Source of the DNA: Escherichia coli
GTDB lineage: Bacteria > Pseudomonadota > Gammaproteobacteria > Enterobacterales > Enterobacteriaceae
NCBI RefSeq assembly: GCF_048403405.1
Contig: NZ_CP183129.1
DNA: 64,000 nucleotides
Direction: 5' to 3' (one strand)
In this document: in pieces, positions 37,141 to 49,636 of the stretch
Layout: each line of letters starts with the position of its first letter
Numbering within the stretch: position 1 is the first letter of the stretch
The notes under the pieces: generated by a model
Database searches by the model: none
Seen by the model: only the letters and a program-made list of their open reading frames with translations
What the model was told of the DNA's origin: nothing
Position numbers and translations under genes: made by a program

Positions 37141-39276
37141 ATGAAATCAATGAATATTGCCGCCAGTAGTGAACTGGTATCCCGACTTTCTACTCATCGC
37201 CGCGTGGTGGCGTTGGGAGATACTGATTTTACGGACGTCGCGGCAGTCGTCATTACCGTTGCGGATAGTCGCAGTGGCATTCTTGCGTTGCTTAAGCGCA
37301 CCGGTTTTCATCTACCGGTGTTTTTGTATTCCGAACATGCTGTTGAATTACCTGCGGGCGTTACGGCGGTAATCAACGGCAACGAGCAGCAGTGGCTGGA
37401 GCTGGAATCCGCAGCCTGTCAGTATGAAGAGAATTTGCTGCCACCGTTTTATGACACGCTGACGCAGTACGTTGAGATGGGTAATAGCACCTTTGCTTGC
37501 CCTGGACATCAACATGGTGCGTTCTTTAAAAAGCATCCTGCCGGACGCCATTTTTACGATTTCTTTGGCGAGAACATCTTTCGCGCCGATATGTGTAACG
37601 CTGACGTAAAATTGGGCGATCTGCTTATTCATGAAGGATCGGCGAAAGATGCGCAGAAATTTGCAGCCAAAGTCTTTCATGCCGATAAAACCTATTTTGT
37701 GCTGAACGGCACATCGGCAGCGAATAAAGTGGTGACGAATGCGCTGTTAACGCGTGGCGATCTGGTGCTCTTCGACCGTAACAACCATAAGTCGAATCAT
37801 CACGGCGCGTTGATTCAGGCGGGGGCGACGCCGGTTTATCTGGAAGCTTCACGTAACCCGTTTGGTTTCATTGGCGGTATTGATGCGCACTGTTTTAATG
37901 AAGAGTATCTGCGCCAGCAAATTCGCGACGTTGCGCCAGAAAAAGCCGACCTGCCGCGCCCGTTTCGCCTGGCGATTATTCAGCTGGGAACCTATGACGG
38001 CACTGTCTATAACGCCCGTCAGGTGATCGATACCGTTGGGCATCTGTGTGATTACATTCTGTTTGATTCCGCGTGGGTCGGTTACGAACAGTTTAACCCG
38101 ATGATGGCGGATATCTCGCCGCTGCTGTTAGAACTTAACGAAAACGATCCGGGGATCTTTGTGACCCAGTCGGTGCACAAACAGCAGGCGGGATTCTCAC
38201 AGACGTCGCAGATCCATAAAAAAGATAACCATATCCGTGGACAGGCGCGTTTTTGCCCGCATAAGCGGTTGAATAATGCCTTTATGCTCCATGCTTCTAC
38301 CAGCCCGTTCTATCCGCTGTTCGCCGCCCTGGACGTTAACGCCAAAATTCATGAAGGGGAGAGTGGGCGTCGGCTGTGGGCTGAGTGCGTTGAGTTGGGT
38401 ATTGAGTCGCGCAAGGCTATTCTTGCGCGCTGTAAGCTGTTCCGCCCGTTTATCCCGCCCGTTGTTGATGGCAAATTGTGGCAGGATTATCCGACGTCAG
38501 TGTTAGCCAGCGACCGCCGTTTTTTCAGTTTTGAGCCGGGGGCGAAGTGGCACGGCTTTGAAGGATATGCCGCGGATCAGTATTTTGTTGATCCGTGCAA
38601 GCTGTTACTCACCACGCCGGGTATCGATGCCGAAACCGGCGAATATAGCGATTTTGGCGTTCCAGCGACGATTCTGGCGCACTATCTGCGTGAGAACGGC
38701 ATTGTGCCGGAGAAGTGCGATCTCAATTCCATTCTGTTCTTATTAACGCCGGCGGAAAGCCACGAGAAGCTGGCGCAACTGGTGGCGATGCTGGCGCAGT
38801 TTGAACAGCATATTGAGGATGACTCGCCGCTGGCTGAGGTGTTGCCGAGCGTTTATAACAAATATCCGGTGCGCTATCGCGACTACACCCTGCGCCAGTT
38901 GTGTCAGGAGATGCACGATCTGTATGTCAGTTTCGACGTCAAAGACCTACAAAAAGCGATGTTCCGCCAGCAGAGTTTCCCGTCAGTGGTGATGAACCCC
39001 CAGGACGCGCATAGCGCTTATATTCGCGGTGAAGTGGAGTTGGTGCGGATTCGTGATGCCGAAGGGCGAATTGCGGCAGAAGGGGCGTTGCCTTATCCAC
39101 CAGGCGTGCTTTGCGTGGTGCCCGGGGAAGTCTGGGGTGGGGCGGTTCAACGTTATTTCCTTGCGCTGGAAGAAGGGGTGAATTTGTTGCCGGGATTTTC
39201 GCCGGAGCTGCAAGGTGTCTATAGCGAAACCGATGCAGATGGCATGAAACGATTGTACGGTTATGTGTTGAAGTAA
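37141..39276 (+). CDS. speC: ornithine decarboxylase, constitutive
   Basis: 711 aa; sequence recognised as SpeC (PLP-dependent fold III decarboxylase). Confidence 0.9.
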   Translation: MKSMNIAASSELVSRLSTHRRVVALGDTDFTDVAAVVITVADSRSGILALLKRTGFHLPVFLYSEHAVELPAGVTAVINGNEQQWLELESAACQYEENLLPPFYDTLTQYVEMGNSTFACPGHQHGAFFKKHPAGRHFYDFFGENIFRADMCNADVKLGDLLIHEGSAKDAQKFAAKVFHADKTYFVLNGTSAANKVVTNALLTRGDLVLFDRNNHKSNHHGALIQAGATPVYLEASRNPFGFIGGIDAHCFNEEYLRQQIRDVAPEKADLPRPFRLAIIQLGTYDGTVYNARQVIDTVGHLCDYILFDSAWVGYEQFNPMMADISPLLLELNENDPGIFVTQSVHKQQAGFSQTSQIHKKDNHIRGQARFCPHKRLNNAFMLHASTSPFYPLFAALDVNAKIHEGESGRRLWAECVELGIESRKAILARCKLFRPFIPPVVDGKLWQDYPTSVLASDRRFFSFEPGAKWHGFEGYAADQYFVDPCKLLLTTPGIDAETGEYSDFGVPATILAHYLRENGIVPEKCDLNSILFLLTPAESHEKLAQLVAMLAQFEQHIEDDSPLAEVLPSVYNKYPVRYRDYTLRQLCQEMHDLYVSFDVKDLQKAMFRQQSFPSVVMNPQDAHSAYIRGEVELVRIRDAEGRIAAEGALPYPPGVLCVVPGEVWGGAVQRYFLALEEGVNLLPGFSPELQGVYSETDADGMKRLYGYVLK

Positions 39277-39277
39277 G

Positions 39278-39311
39278 AAAAAAAGGGTCACCTTCTGGCG
39301 ACCCGTTTTTC
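39278..39311. terminator. bidirectional terminator between speC and nupG
   Basis: A-run, GC hairpin gggtcacc..ggcgaccc, T-run. Confidence 0.55.
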
Positions 39312-39320
39312 TTTGCGTAA

Positions 39321-40577
39321 TTAGTGGCTCACCGTCTGTGTGCCTGTCGGGACACGAACGTGTTTATATTTGAACATCGCCATGAACGCGAAGGCCAGAA
39401 CCACGGAGTAACCAGCGAAAATCAACCATACGGTCTGCCAGTCGGTAATGCCGTTTTGGGTGTACATCTCAACAACTTTACCGCTCACGATGCCGCCAAG
39501 GATACAGCCGAAGCCGTTAGTCATCATCAGGAACATCCCCTGCGCACTGGCGCGAATTGCCGGGCTAACTTCTTTTTCGACAAACACCGAACCAGAGATG
39601 TTGAAGAAGTCGAATGCGCAACCGTAAACGATCATCGACAGTACCAGCAGCACGGTACCGAACGGAGTCGGGTCGCCGTAAGCAAACAGCGCAAAACGCA
39701 GGATCCACGCCACAATACTGATCATCATTACGTTCTTAATACCGTAGCGGCTTAAGAAGAACGGGATAGTCAGAATGAACAGGGTTTCAGAGATCTGCGA
39801 AATCGACATGATGATTGACGCATGCTGCACAATAAAGCTGCTGGCAAACATCGGATCTTTGTCGAAGCTGTGCAGGAAGGTGTTACCGAACATGTTGGTA
39901 ATCTGCAGTTCCGCGCCCAGCAGCATTGAGAAGATGAAGAAGATTGCCATACGCTTGTTTTTAAACAGCGCGAATGCATCGAGGCCCAGCAGGGTTGTCC
40001 AGCTTTGATTCGCTTGCTGTTTAGCAACCGGAATGTGCGGCAGAGTCAGGGTAAACAGAACCAGAATGGCGGAAAGTGCTGCGCCAATATACAGCTGCAT
40101 GTGGCTTAATTCGAAGCCAGACAGGCTCACCACCCACATTGCCATGATAAAGCCGATGGTGCCCCAGATACGGATTGGCGGGAAGTCAGTAACGATATCC
40201 ATCCCGGCATTTTGCAGGCGATAGTAAGAGATGGTGTTGATTAACCCAAGCGTTGGCATATAAGCAAACGAGTTAATCAATATCACAAGGAACATCGCCT
40301 CCGGCGTCGTGACCTGTGCCGCCATGAACAGCGTGATAGCGCCAATGGTGTGGCAAATGGCATATACCCATTTCGCACTTAACCATTTGTCGGCCACAAT
40401 CCCCAGCAGCGCAGGCATAAAGACCGCGGCGATACCCAGTGAACTATAAACTGCGCCGATAGAAGCACCGTCAAACTTCAGGGTAACAAACATATAGGAG
40501 CCGAGGGTCGTCAGCCAACTTCCCCACAGACAGAACTGCAGAAAAGAGAGGATTTTCAGCTGCAGCTTAAGATTCAT
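39321..40577 (-). CDS. nupG: nucleoside:H+ symporter NupG
   Basis: 418-aa MFS transporter beginning MNLKLQLKILSFLQF; upstream in-frame extension in ORF track judged non-native. Confidence 0.85.
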   Translation of the reverse strand: MNLKLQLKILSFLQFCLWGSWLTTLGSYMFVTLKFDGASIGAVYSSLGIAAVFMPALLGIVADKWLSAKWVYAICHTIGAITLFMAAQVTTPEAMFLVILINSFAYMPTLGLINTISYYRLQNAGMDIVTDFPPIRIWGTIGFIMAMWVVSLSGFELSHMQLYIGAALSAILVLFTLTLPHIPVAKQQANQSWTTLLGLDAFALFKNKRMAIFFIFSMLLGAELQITNMFGNTFLHSFDKDPMFASSFIVQHASIIMSISQISETLFILTIPFFLSRYGIKNVMMISIVAWILRFALFAYGDPTPFGTVLLVLSMIVYGCAFDFFNISGSVFVEKEVSPAIRASAQGMFLMMTNGFGCILGGIVSGKVVEMYTQNGITDWQTVWLIFAGYSVVLAFAFMAMFKYKHVRVPTGTQTVSH

Positions 40578-40778
40578 GTTAATTTCCTCACATCGTGATG
40601 CGGATGAGTGTTTGAAAAAGCACATTTGACCGTGCGAGATGATGCGATTCTATCAACTTCCCGGACTGGTTTTTTGTTACCTGTGGCAAATAATTGCAAA
40701 CATTCCCAATTTGCAAAACGAAATTGTGATGTGGATAACATTTTTACCCCTGAGCATCGTCAGGGGCGGTTAGTGGAA

Positions 40779-41885
<1,107 letters not shown>

Positions 41886-41922
41886 TTATGCAAGTTGCCG
41901 GAGGCGTGCTCCGGCACTGTTT

Positions 41923-42201
<279 letters not shown>

Positions 42202-42225
42202 TCATCCTCTTTATCGACTCACGCG

Positions 42226-43278
42226 CTAAACCGGCGCGCCAGTGCGTAACTGCTGTAACAAACGCTCCACGGGAGCCGCCAGGCCAACTGACGGCGGTTG
42301 CGCTAAGTTATACCAGAGCGCATTGCCTTCATCCATGCAGCCGGTGAATGACGACACGGGAAGCCACATAGGCACAATATCTAAGTGGAAATGGCTGAAG
42401 GTATGCCGAAACGCGGTCAGCTGCGTCAGGTTATCGGCAGAAATCTGTCGTTGCGCCAGCCACTGCCGCAAACTTTCTTCATCGGCAAACTGCGGGAAAC
42501 AGTATAAACCGCCCCACAATCCGCTCGGCGGACGCTGCGCCAGCAATACTTCATCTTCGTGCTGTAACAGCAAAAAGTAGCCGGTGCGCTCTGGCAGCGT
42601 CTGTTTCGGTTTTTTGCCCGGATAAAGCGACCAGCTATTGTTGGCGGCGGCAATACATCCGTTTTGTAGCGGACAGAGCGAACATTTCGGCTTAGAGCGC
42701 GTACAAATCATCGCGCCCAAATCCATCATCGCCTGATTAAACCGTTCCACGCCAACCGCGGGCGTCACCTGCTCGCTCAAACTCCATAGTTTATTCTCGA
42801 CCTCTTTTTTCCCAGGCCAGCCGCTTACAGCATAGCAGCGCGCCAGCACCCGTTTGACGTTACCGTCGAGAATCGGAAAGTGCTTACCCAGAGAAAGCGA
42901 GAGAATCGCGCCTGCGGTGGAACGCCCGACGCCCGGTAACGCCGCGACTTCTTCAAAGGTTTCCGGGAATTTACCACTGTGTAAGGTGGCCACTTGCTGT
43001 GCCGCTTTATGCAGATTGCGCGCGCGGGCGTAATAGCCAAGCCCGGTCCACAAGTGGAGAACTTCGTCGAGCGGCGCATTGGCGAGATCGGTCACCGTCG
43101 GGAAGCGCGCCATAAAGCGTTCAAAATAGGGGATAACGGTCGCAACCTGAGTTTGTTGCAACATCACTTCTGAGAGCCATACTTTGTAGGGCGTCTTGTC
43201 AATTTGCCAGGGCAGAGTTTTTCGCCCGTATTTATCGTACCAGTCCAGAACCTGGGCTGAAAATTGCGACGCTTGCAT
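42226..43278 (-). CDS. mutY: adenine DNA glycosylase MutY
   Basis: HhH-GPD fold, 4Fe-4S Cys cluster (CxxxxxxCxxC), start at [14 protein letters not shown]. Confidence 0.85.
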   Translation of the reverse strand: MQASQFSAQVLDWYDKYGRKTLPWQIDKTPYKVWLSEVMLQQTQVATVIPYFERFMARFPTVTDLANAPLDEVLHLWTGLGYYARARNLHKAAQQVATLHSGKFPETFEEVAALPGVGRSTAGAILSLSLGKHFPILDGNVKRVLARCYAVSGWPGKKEVENKLWSLSEQVTPAVGVERFNQAMMDLGAMICTRSKPKCSLCPLQNGCIAAANNSWSLYPGKKPKQTLPERTGYFLLLQHEDEVLLAQRPPSGLWGGLYCFPQFADEESLRQWLAQRQISADNLTQLTAFRHTFSHFHLDIVPMWLPVSSFTGCMDEGNALWYNLAQPPSVGLAAPVERLLQQLRTGAPV

Positions 43279-43438
43279 GGTCACCGAATTCACTGTTGTT
43301 GGGGGCAAGATTGCAGCACAGCGACGGCAGGGTGTAAACCGGAACTTTCCGCAGCCACGGCCTTATCATGCTTGCATCCGGCAACTAACTTTGGATAATG
43401 CCCGTTTTCAGAACACTTTCACAAGCGACTAAATCTTT

Positions 43439-44158
43439 ATGAAAAACGACGTCATCTCACCGGAATTTGATGAAAACGGCCGCCCACTGCGCCGTATCCG
43501 TAGTTTTGTGCGCCGCCAGGGGCGACTGGCCAAAGGCCAGGAACATGCGCTGGAAAACTACTGGCCGGTGATGGGCGTTGAGTTCAGCGAAGATATGCTG
43601 GATTTCCCTGCGCTTTTTGGCCGTGAAGCGCCGGTGACGCTTGAGATTGGTTTCGGCATGGGGGCGTCGCTGGTGGCAATGGCTAAAGATCGCCCCGAGC
43701 AGGACTTCCTCGGCATTGAAGTGCATTCACCGGGCGTTGGTGCGTGCCTGGCTTCTGCGCATGAAGAGGGCTTAAGCAACCTGCGCGTGATGTGTCACGA
43801 TGCGGTTGAAGTGCTGCATAAAATGATTCCTGACAATTCATTGCGCATGGTGCAGCTCTTTTTCCCTGACCCGTGGCACAAAGCGCGCCATAATAAACGC
43901 CGTATCGTTCAGGTGCCGTTTGCCGAACTGGTAAAAAGCAAACTGCAACTGGGGGGCGTATTCCATATGGCGACCGACTGGGAACCTTATGCGGAACATA
44001 TGCTTGAAGTGATGTCTTCTATTGACGGGTATAAAAACCTGTCAGAGAGCAATGATTACGTACCGCGTCCGGCATCACGTCCGGTGACGAAATTTGAACA
44101 ACGTGGTCATCGTCTTGGTCACGGAGTATGGGACTTAATGTTCGAGAGGGTGAAATAA
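43439..44158 (+). CDS. trmB: tRNA (guanine46-N7)-methyltransferase
   Basis: 239-aa ORF recognised as TrmB/YggH. Confidence 0.85.
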   Translation: MKNDVISPEFDENGRPLRRIRSFVRRQGRLAKGQEHALENYWPVMGVEFSEDMLDFPALFGREAPVTLEIGFGMGASLVAMAKDRPEQDFLGIEVHSPGVGACLASAHEEGLSNLRVMCHDAVEVLHKMIPDNSLRMVQLFFPDPWHKARHNKRRIVQVPFAELVKSKLQLGGVFHMATDWEPYAEHMLEVMSSIDGYKNLSESNDYVPRPASRPVTKFEQRGHRLGHGVWDLMFERVK

Positions 44159-44484
44159 TGGCAAAGAACCGTAGCCGTCGTCTGCGTAAAAAAATGCACA
44201 TCGACGAATTCCAGGAATTAGGATTTTCGGTGGCATGGCGATTCCCGGAAGGTACATCGGAAGAACAGATTGATAAAACCGTTGATGACTTTATTAACGA
44301 GGTTATCGAACCGAACAAACTGGCCTTTGACGGCAGCGGTTATCTGGCCTGGGAAGGTCTGATCTGCATGCAGGAAATCGGCAAATGCACCGAAGAACAT
44401 CAGGCGATTGTGCGTAAGTGGCTGGAAGAGCGCAAACTGGGCGAGGTACGCACCAGCGAACTTTTCGACGTTTGGTGGGACTAA
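44158..44484 (+). CDS. yggL: DUF469 protein YggL
   Basis: 108 aa starting [12 protein letters not shown], overlapping trmB stop. Confidence 0.8.
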   Translation: MAKNRSRRLRKKMHIDEFQELGFSVAWRFPEGTSEEQIDKTVDDFINEVIEPNKLAFDGSGYLAWEGLICMQEIGKCTEEHQAIVRKWLEERKLGEVRTSELFDVWWD

Positions 44485-44516
44485 GAAAGCATACGGGCGA
44501 TGACAAATGCAAAACT

Positions 44517-44596
<80 letters not shown>

Positions 44597-44667
44597 TGGA
44601 TGACATGTACTTTGTTATCAATCTGGGGCCAGCAAATGCTGGCCTGATTTGTTCTTGAGGGAAGACT

Positions 44668-45387
44668 ATGATGCGCAAAATGCTGCTGGCGGCAGCACTT
44701 TCAGTGACGGCAATGACCGCTCACGCCGACTACCAGTGCAGCGTCACGCCGCGTGACGATGTGATTGTCAGCCCGCAAACCGTGCAGGTGAAGGGCGAAA
44801 ACGGCAATCTGGTGATCACGCCAGACGGCAACGTGATGTATAACGGTAAGCAATATTCCCTGAACGCCGCCCAGCGCGAGCAGGCGAAGGATTATCAGGC
44901 TGAACTGCGTAGCACCCTGCCGTGGATTGATGAAGGCGCGAAAAGCCGCGTCGAGAAAGCCCGTATTGCGCTGGATAAAATTATCGTTCAGGAGATGGGC
45001 GAAAGCAGCAAAATGCGCAGCCGTCTGACCAAACTTGATGCGCAGCTGAAAGAGCAGATGAACCGCATTATCGAAACGCGCAGCGATGGCCTGACGTTTC
45101 ACTATAAAGCCATTGATCAGGTTCGCGCCGAAGGCCAGCAATTAGTGAATCAGGCAATGGGCGGAATTTTACAGGACAGCATTAATGAAATGGGCGCGAA
45201 AGCGGTGCTGAAAAGCGGTGGTAACCCATTACAGAATGTGCTGGGAAGCCTGGGCGGTCTGCAATCCTCAATCCAAACCGAATGGAAAAAGCAGGAAAAA
45301 GATTTCCAGCAGTTTGGCAAAGATGTTTGTAGCCGCGTTGTGACTCTGGAAGATAGTCGCAAAGCCCTGGTCGGGAATTTAAAATAA
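44668..45387 (+). CDS. yggN: DUF2884 periplasmic protein YggN
   Basis: 239 aa with signal peptide, conserved position. Confidence 0.75.
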   Translation: MMRKMLLAAALSVTAMTAHADYQCSVTPRDDVIVSPQTVQVKGENGNLVITPDGNVMYNGKQYSLNAAQREQAKDYQAELRSTLPWIDEGAKSRVEKARIALDKIIVQEMGESSKMRSRLTKLDAQLKEQMNRIIETRSDGLTFHYKAIDQVRAEGQQLVNQAMGGILQDSINEMGAKAVLKSGGNPLQNVLGSLGGLQSSIQTEWKKQEKDFQQFGKDVCSRVVTLEDSRKALVGNLK

Positions 45388-45562
45388 TCCTCTATTTTAA
45401 GACGGCATAATACTTTTTTATGCCGTTTAATTCTTCGTTTTGTTACCTGCCTCTAACTTTGTAGATCTCCAAAATATATTCACGTTGTAAATTGTTTAAC
45501 GTCAAATTTCCCATACAAAGCTAAGGGATAATGCGTAGCGTTCACGTAACTGGAGGAATGAA

Positions 45563-46609
45563 ATGGAGTTTTTCAAAAAGACGGCACTTGCCGCACTGGT
45601 TATGGGTTTTAGTGGTGCAGCATTGGCATTACCCAATATCACCATTTTAGCAACCGGCGGGACCATTGCCGGTGGTGGTGACTCCGCAACCAAATCTAAC
45701 TACACAGCGGGTAAAGTTGGCGTAGAAAATCTGGTTAATGCGGTGCCGCAACTGAAGGACATTGCGAACGTTAAAGGCGAGCAGGTAGTGAATATCGGCT
45801 CCCAGGACATGAACGATAATGTCTGGCTGACACTGGCGAAAAAAATTAACACCGACTGCGATAAAACCGACGGCTTCGTCATTACCCACGGTACCGACAC
45901 GATGGAAGAAACCGCTTACTTCCTCGACCTGACGGTGAAATGCGACAAACCGGTGGTGATGGTCGGCGCAATGCGCCCGTCCACGTCCATGAGCGCAGAC
46001 GGTCCATTCAACCTGTATAACGCGGTAGTGACCGCAGCTGATAAAGCCTCTGCTAATCGTAGCGTGCTGGTGGTGATGAACGACACCGTACTGGACGGTC
46101 GCGATGTCACCAAAACCAACACCACCGACGTAGCGACCTTCAAGTCTGTTAACTACGGTCCTCTGGGTTACATTCACAACGGTAAGATTGACTACCAACG
46201 TACCCCGGCACGTAAGCATACCAGCGACACGCCGTTCGATGTCTCTAAGCTGAATGAACTGCCGAAAGTCGGCATTGTTTATAACTACGCTAACGCATCC
46301 GATCTTCCGGCTAAAGCACTGGTAGATGCGGGCTATGATGGCATTGTTAGCGCTGGTGTGGGTAACGGCAACCTGTATAAAACCGTATTTGACACTCTGG
46401 CGACCGCCGCGAAAAACGGCACTGCAGTCGTGCGTTCTTCCCGCGTACCGACGGGCGCTACCACTCAGGATGCTGAAGTGGATGATGCGAAATACGGCTT
46501 CGTCGCCTCTGGCACGCTGAACCCGCAAAAAGCGCGCGTTCTGCTGCAGCTTGCTCTGACGCAAACCAAAGATCCGCAGCAGATCCAGCAGATCTTCAAT
46601 CAGTACTAA
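45563..46609 (+). CDS. ansB: periplasmic L-asparaginase 2
   Basis: 348 aa, signal peptide, TGGTIAG threonine motif. Confidence 0.9.
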   Translation: MEFFKKTALAALVMGFSGAALALPNITILATGGTIAGGGDSATKSNYTAGKVGVENLVNAVPQLKDIANVKGEQVVNIGSQDMNDNVWLTLAKKINTDCDKTDGFVITHGTDTMEETAYFLDLTVKCDKPVVMVGAMRPSTSMSADGPFNLYNAVVTAADKASANRSVLVVMNDTVLDGRDVTKTNTTDVATFKSVNYGPLGYIHNGKIDYQRTPARKHTSDTPFDVSKLNELPKVGIVYNYANASDLPAKALVDAGYDGIVSAGVGNGNLYKTVFDTLATAAKNGTAVVRSSRVPTGATTQDAEVDDAKYGFVASGTLNPQKARVLLQLALTQTKDPQQIQQIFNQY

Positions 46610-46613
46610 TCAC

Positions 46614-46643
46614 CTCGCCCCGGTATCGTGCCGGGGCTTTTCA
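46614..46643 (+). terminator. Rho-independent terminator after ansB
   Basis: gccccgg tatcgtg ccggggc followed by ttttc. Confidence 0.6.
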
Positions 46644-46724
46644 CTTCAGACTTACGTCCATTGCCAATTTTCATTATCCTGATGATAATCACCGGGATAA
46701 ATTATTCCTCGTGAGGGTTTTCGG

Positions 46725-47732
46725 GTGAAAAAGCAATGGATTGTTGGCACGGCGCTGCTTATGTTGATGACTGGTAATGTCTGGGCAGATGGCGAACCGC
46801 CAACTGAAAATATTTTAAAAGATCAATTCAAAAAGCAGTATCACGGCATTCTCAAGCTTGATGCCATCACCTTAAAAAATCTTGATGCTAAGGGTAATCA
46901 GGCCACCTGGTCAGCGGAAGGCGATGTCTCTTCCAGTGACGATCTCTATACCTGGGTCGGTCAGTTGGCAGATTACGAACTGCTCGAACAGACCTGGACG
47001 AAAGATAAACCGGTAAAATTCTCGGCGATGTTAACCAGTAAAGGAACGCCCGCGTCTGGCTGGTCGGTGAACTTTTACTCTTTTCAGGCGGCAGCCAGCG
47101 ATCGTGGGCGGGTGGTCGACGATATCAAAACGAATAATAAATATCTGATCGTGAATAGCGAAGATTTCAATTATCGCTTTAGTCAGCTTGAGTCTGCGTT
47201 GAATAACCAGAAGAACTCGATTCCTGCGCTGGAAAAGGAAGTGAAAGCGCTTGATAAGCAAATGGTGGCGGCGCAGAAAGCAGCGGATGCATATTGGGGA
47301 AAAGATGCAAACGGTAAGCAAATGACCCGCGAAGACGCCTTTAAAAAAATTCACCAACAGCGTGATGAGTTTAATAAACAGAACGATAGCGAGGCTTTCG
47401 CGGTTAAATATGACAAAGAGGTTTATCAACCGGCGATTGTGGCATGTCATAAACAGAGTGCAGAGTGTTATGAAGTGCCAATTCAGCAGAAGCGAGATTT
47501 CGATATCAACGAACAACGGCGACAGACTTTTCTGCAATCACAAAAACTTAGCCGTAAATTGCAGGATGACTGGATAACGCTCGAAAAAGGGCAATATCCG
47601 TTAACGATGAAAGTTTCAGAAATAAACAGTAAAAAAGTCGCGATTTTGATGAAAATTGATGATATCAACCAGGCTAATGAACGCTGGAAAAAAGATACCG
47701 AACAATTGCGGCGCAATGGAGTGATTAAGTAA
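46725..47732 (+). CDS. yggM: DUF1202 family protein YggM
   Basis: 335 aa secreted protein, conserved neighbour of ansB. Confidence 0.75.
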   Translation: MKKQWIVGTALLMLMTGNVWADGEPPTENILKDQFKKQYHGILKLDAITLKNLDAKGNQATWSAEGDVSSSDDLYTWVGQLADYELLEQTWTKDKPVKFSAMLTSKGTPASGWSVNFYSFQAAASDRGRVVDDIKTNNKYLIVNSEDFNYRFSQLESALNNQKNSIPALEKEVKALDKQMVAAQKAADAYWGKDANGKQMTREDAFKKIHQQRDEFNKQNDSEAFAVKYDKEVYQPAIVACHKQSAECYEVPIQQKRDFDINEQRRQTFLQSQKLSRKLQDDWITLEKGQYPLTMKVSEINSKKVAILMKIDDINQANERWKKDTEQLRRNGVIK

Positions 47733-47747
47733 CTCATGTTAAGTACC

Positions 47748-47790
47748 TTTGCCGGATAATATAAAAAGTTATCCGGCAAATTATTTTTTA
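47748..47790. terminator. bidirectional terminator between yggM and TRAP permease gene
   Basis: tttgccggataa / ttatccggcaaa stem followed by ttatttttta. Confidence 0.55.
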
Positions 47791-49089
47791 CATTAGCCCT
47801 AGTAGCTGTGGAATGAACAAGGATATTTGCGGGATGTAAGTGATCATCATCAACGCGATTAACAATGCGGCATAAAATGGCAGCAATGGTTTGATCAAAT
47901 GTTGAATCTTCACACCTGAAATAGAACAACCAACAAATAGCGCACTACCCACCGGCGGTGTTAACAGCCCAATACAAAGGTTGGCCACCATCATAATACC
48001 GAAATGTACCGGATCCATTCCCAGCTCTTGTGCAATCGGCAAGAAGATTGGTGTGAAGATTAGTACAGCCGGTGTCATGTCCATAAAGATGCCGACAATT
48101 AATAAGACGATATTAATCAGCAGCAATATGATCAGTGGGTTATCAGAAATCCCCATCAACGCGTCGCTGATCATATAAGGAATATCAGCATTGGTCATTG
48201 ACCAGGACATGCCCACGGAAAAACCGATCAACAGTAATACAATCGAAGTGGTAACAACCGATTCCAGAATCAGTTTGGGTAAATCGCGCCATTTTACTTC
48301 CCGGTAAATCAGCACCGAGAGAATAAATGTGTAGACAACGGCAATCGCAGACGCTTCAGTTGCGGTAAAAATGCCGCCCAGAATGCCGCCCATTACAATG
48401 AACACCAGAAGCAAACTTGGTAAGGCATCCAGAAACGCTTTACAGGCCTGAGCAAAGGTTGCTCTTTCTGAAAGTGGGTAGCCACGGCGTTTAGCAATAA
48501 TGCCGCAGACTATCATTACCGCAAGACCCATTAAGATCCCTGGCAAATATCCCGCCATAAATAGCGATGCTACAGAAACGCCGCCAGCTGTCAGGGAAAA
48601 CACAATTAACACGTTTGAGGGCGGTATCAGTAATCCAGTAATACAGGATGAGACGTTTACAGCGGTAGAAAATGCCGGATCATAACCTTGTTTGGTCTGA
48701 ATGGGATTCAGTGTGCCACCAACGGCAGCAGCTGCCGCAACGGCTGAACCAGAAATGGAACCAAACATCATATTCGCCAGGACGTTCACATGACCAAGTG
48801 AACCAGGAACGCGGCCAACCATTACCTGGGCGAGGTTAATCAAACGTATCGCAATACCGCCGCTGTTCATCAGCGTTCCGGCAAAGATGAAAAAGGGGAT
48901 TGCCAATAGGGCAAAGTTATCCAGTCCATTAGCCAGTCGCTGCGAAACAGTGATTGCCGCGATATCCCAGGGAAACATCAACAGCATTGAAGCTACAGTG
49001 GCAATACCGATTGAGAACGAAATGGGCACACCAATAAAGACCAGCACAAAAAAACAGCCAAATAGTGTAAGCGCAATATAACTATCCAT
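47788..49089 (-). CDS. TRAP transporter large permease subunit (DctM family)
   Basis: 433-aa polytopic membrane protein, overlaps small permease gene by 1 nt. Confidence 0.8.
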   Translation of the reverse strand: MDSYIALTLFGCFFVLVFIGVPISFSIGIATVASMLLMFPWDIAAITVSQRLANGLDNFALLAIPFFIFAGTLMNSGGIAIRLINLAQVMVGRVPGSLGHVNVLANMMFGSISGSAVAAAAAVGGTLNPIQTKQGYDPAFSTAVNVSSCITGLLIPPSNVLIVFSLTAGGVSVASLFMAGYLPGILMGLAVMIVCGIIAKRRGYPLSERATFAQACKAFLDALPSLLLVFIVMGGILGGIFTATEASAIAVVYTFILSVLIYREVKWRDLPKLILESVVTTSIVLLLIGFSVGMSWSMTNADIPYMISDALMGISDNPLIILLLINIVLLIVGIFMDMTPAVLIFTPIFLPIAQELGMDPVHFGIMMVANLCIGLLTPPVGSALFVGCSISGVKIQHLIKPLLPFYAALLIALMMITYIPQISLFIPQLLGLM

Positions 49090-49601
49090 TAACTGGCCTC
49101 CTGCGCAGGTTGTTTCAGTTGTTGAATGCTTTGATTAATAAAACACAAGGCATAAAACATCATCACCACTCCACTTAATGGCAGAATGATATATACGTAT
49201 CCCATCGGTATTTGCATCGCGGCAGATACTTGTGATGTTGCCAGCGTTTTATCAATTAATTTCAGGCCACCAGTCACAATGACCGAACCGGCAAAACCTA
49301 AAATGAGAATGTTAATGACTATACTAAGAAGTAATTGCTTGCGCTTATTCAGGGCGAGAGCAAATAAATCGATAGAGAGATGTCTCTGCGCGCCGACGGT
49401 ATATGCAGCACCTAATAATCCTACCCAGATCATCAAAAAGCGTGCCAGCTCATCGGTTAATGTACTTGGCTGGTTAAGTACGTAGCGGCTAAATACTTGC
49501 CAGACTACGCATACAACCAGAGCAAGCATTACGGCGACAGAAAACGCGGCAATGACGCGGTCTACCGCAAGTTTCAGGCGGTTAAATATCATTGTAAGCA
49601 T
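49089..49601 (-). CDS. TRAP transporter small permease subunit (DctQ family)
   Basis: 170 aa, four TM helices, between DctP and DctM genes. Confidence 0.75.
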   Translation of the reverse strand: MLTMIFNRLKLAVDRVIAAFSVAVMLALVVCVVWQVFSRYVLNQPSTLTDELARFLMIWVGLLGAAYTVGAQRHLSIDLFALALNKRKQLLLSIVINILILGFAGSVIVTGGLKLIDKTLATSQVSAAMQIPMGYVYIILPLSGVVMMFYALCFINQSIQQLKQPAQEAS

Positions 49602-49636
49602 CCTGGAAAATCAGGGCCAGAGACTGGCCCGAAATA

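Noticed and set aside
45647-46564. 305-aa minus-strand ORF
   Set aside because: Antisense to ansB, which is unambiguously recognised.
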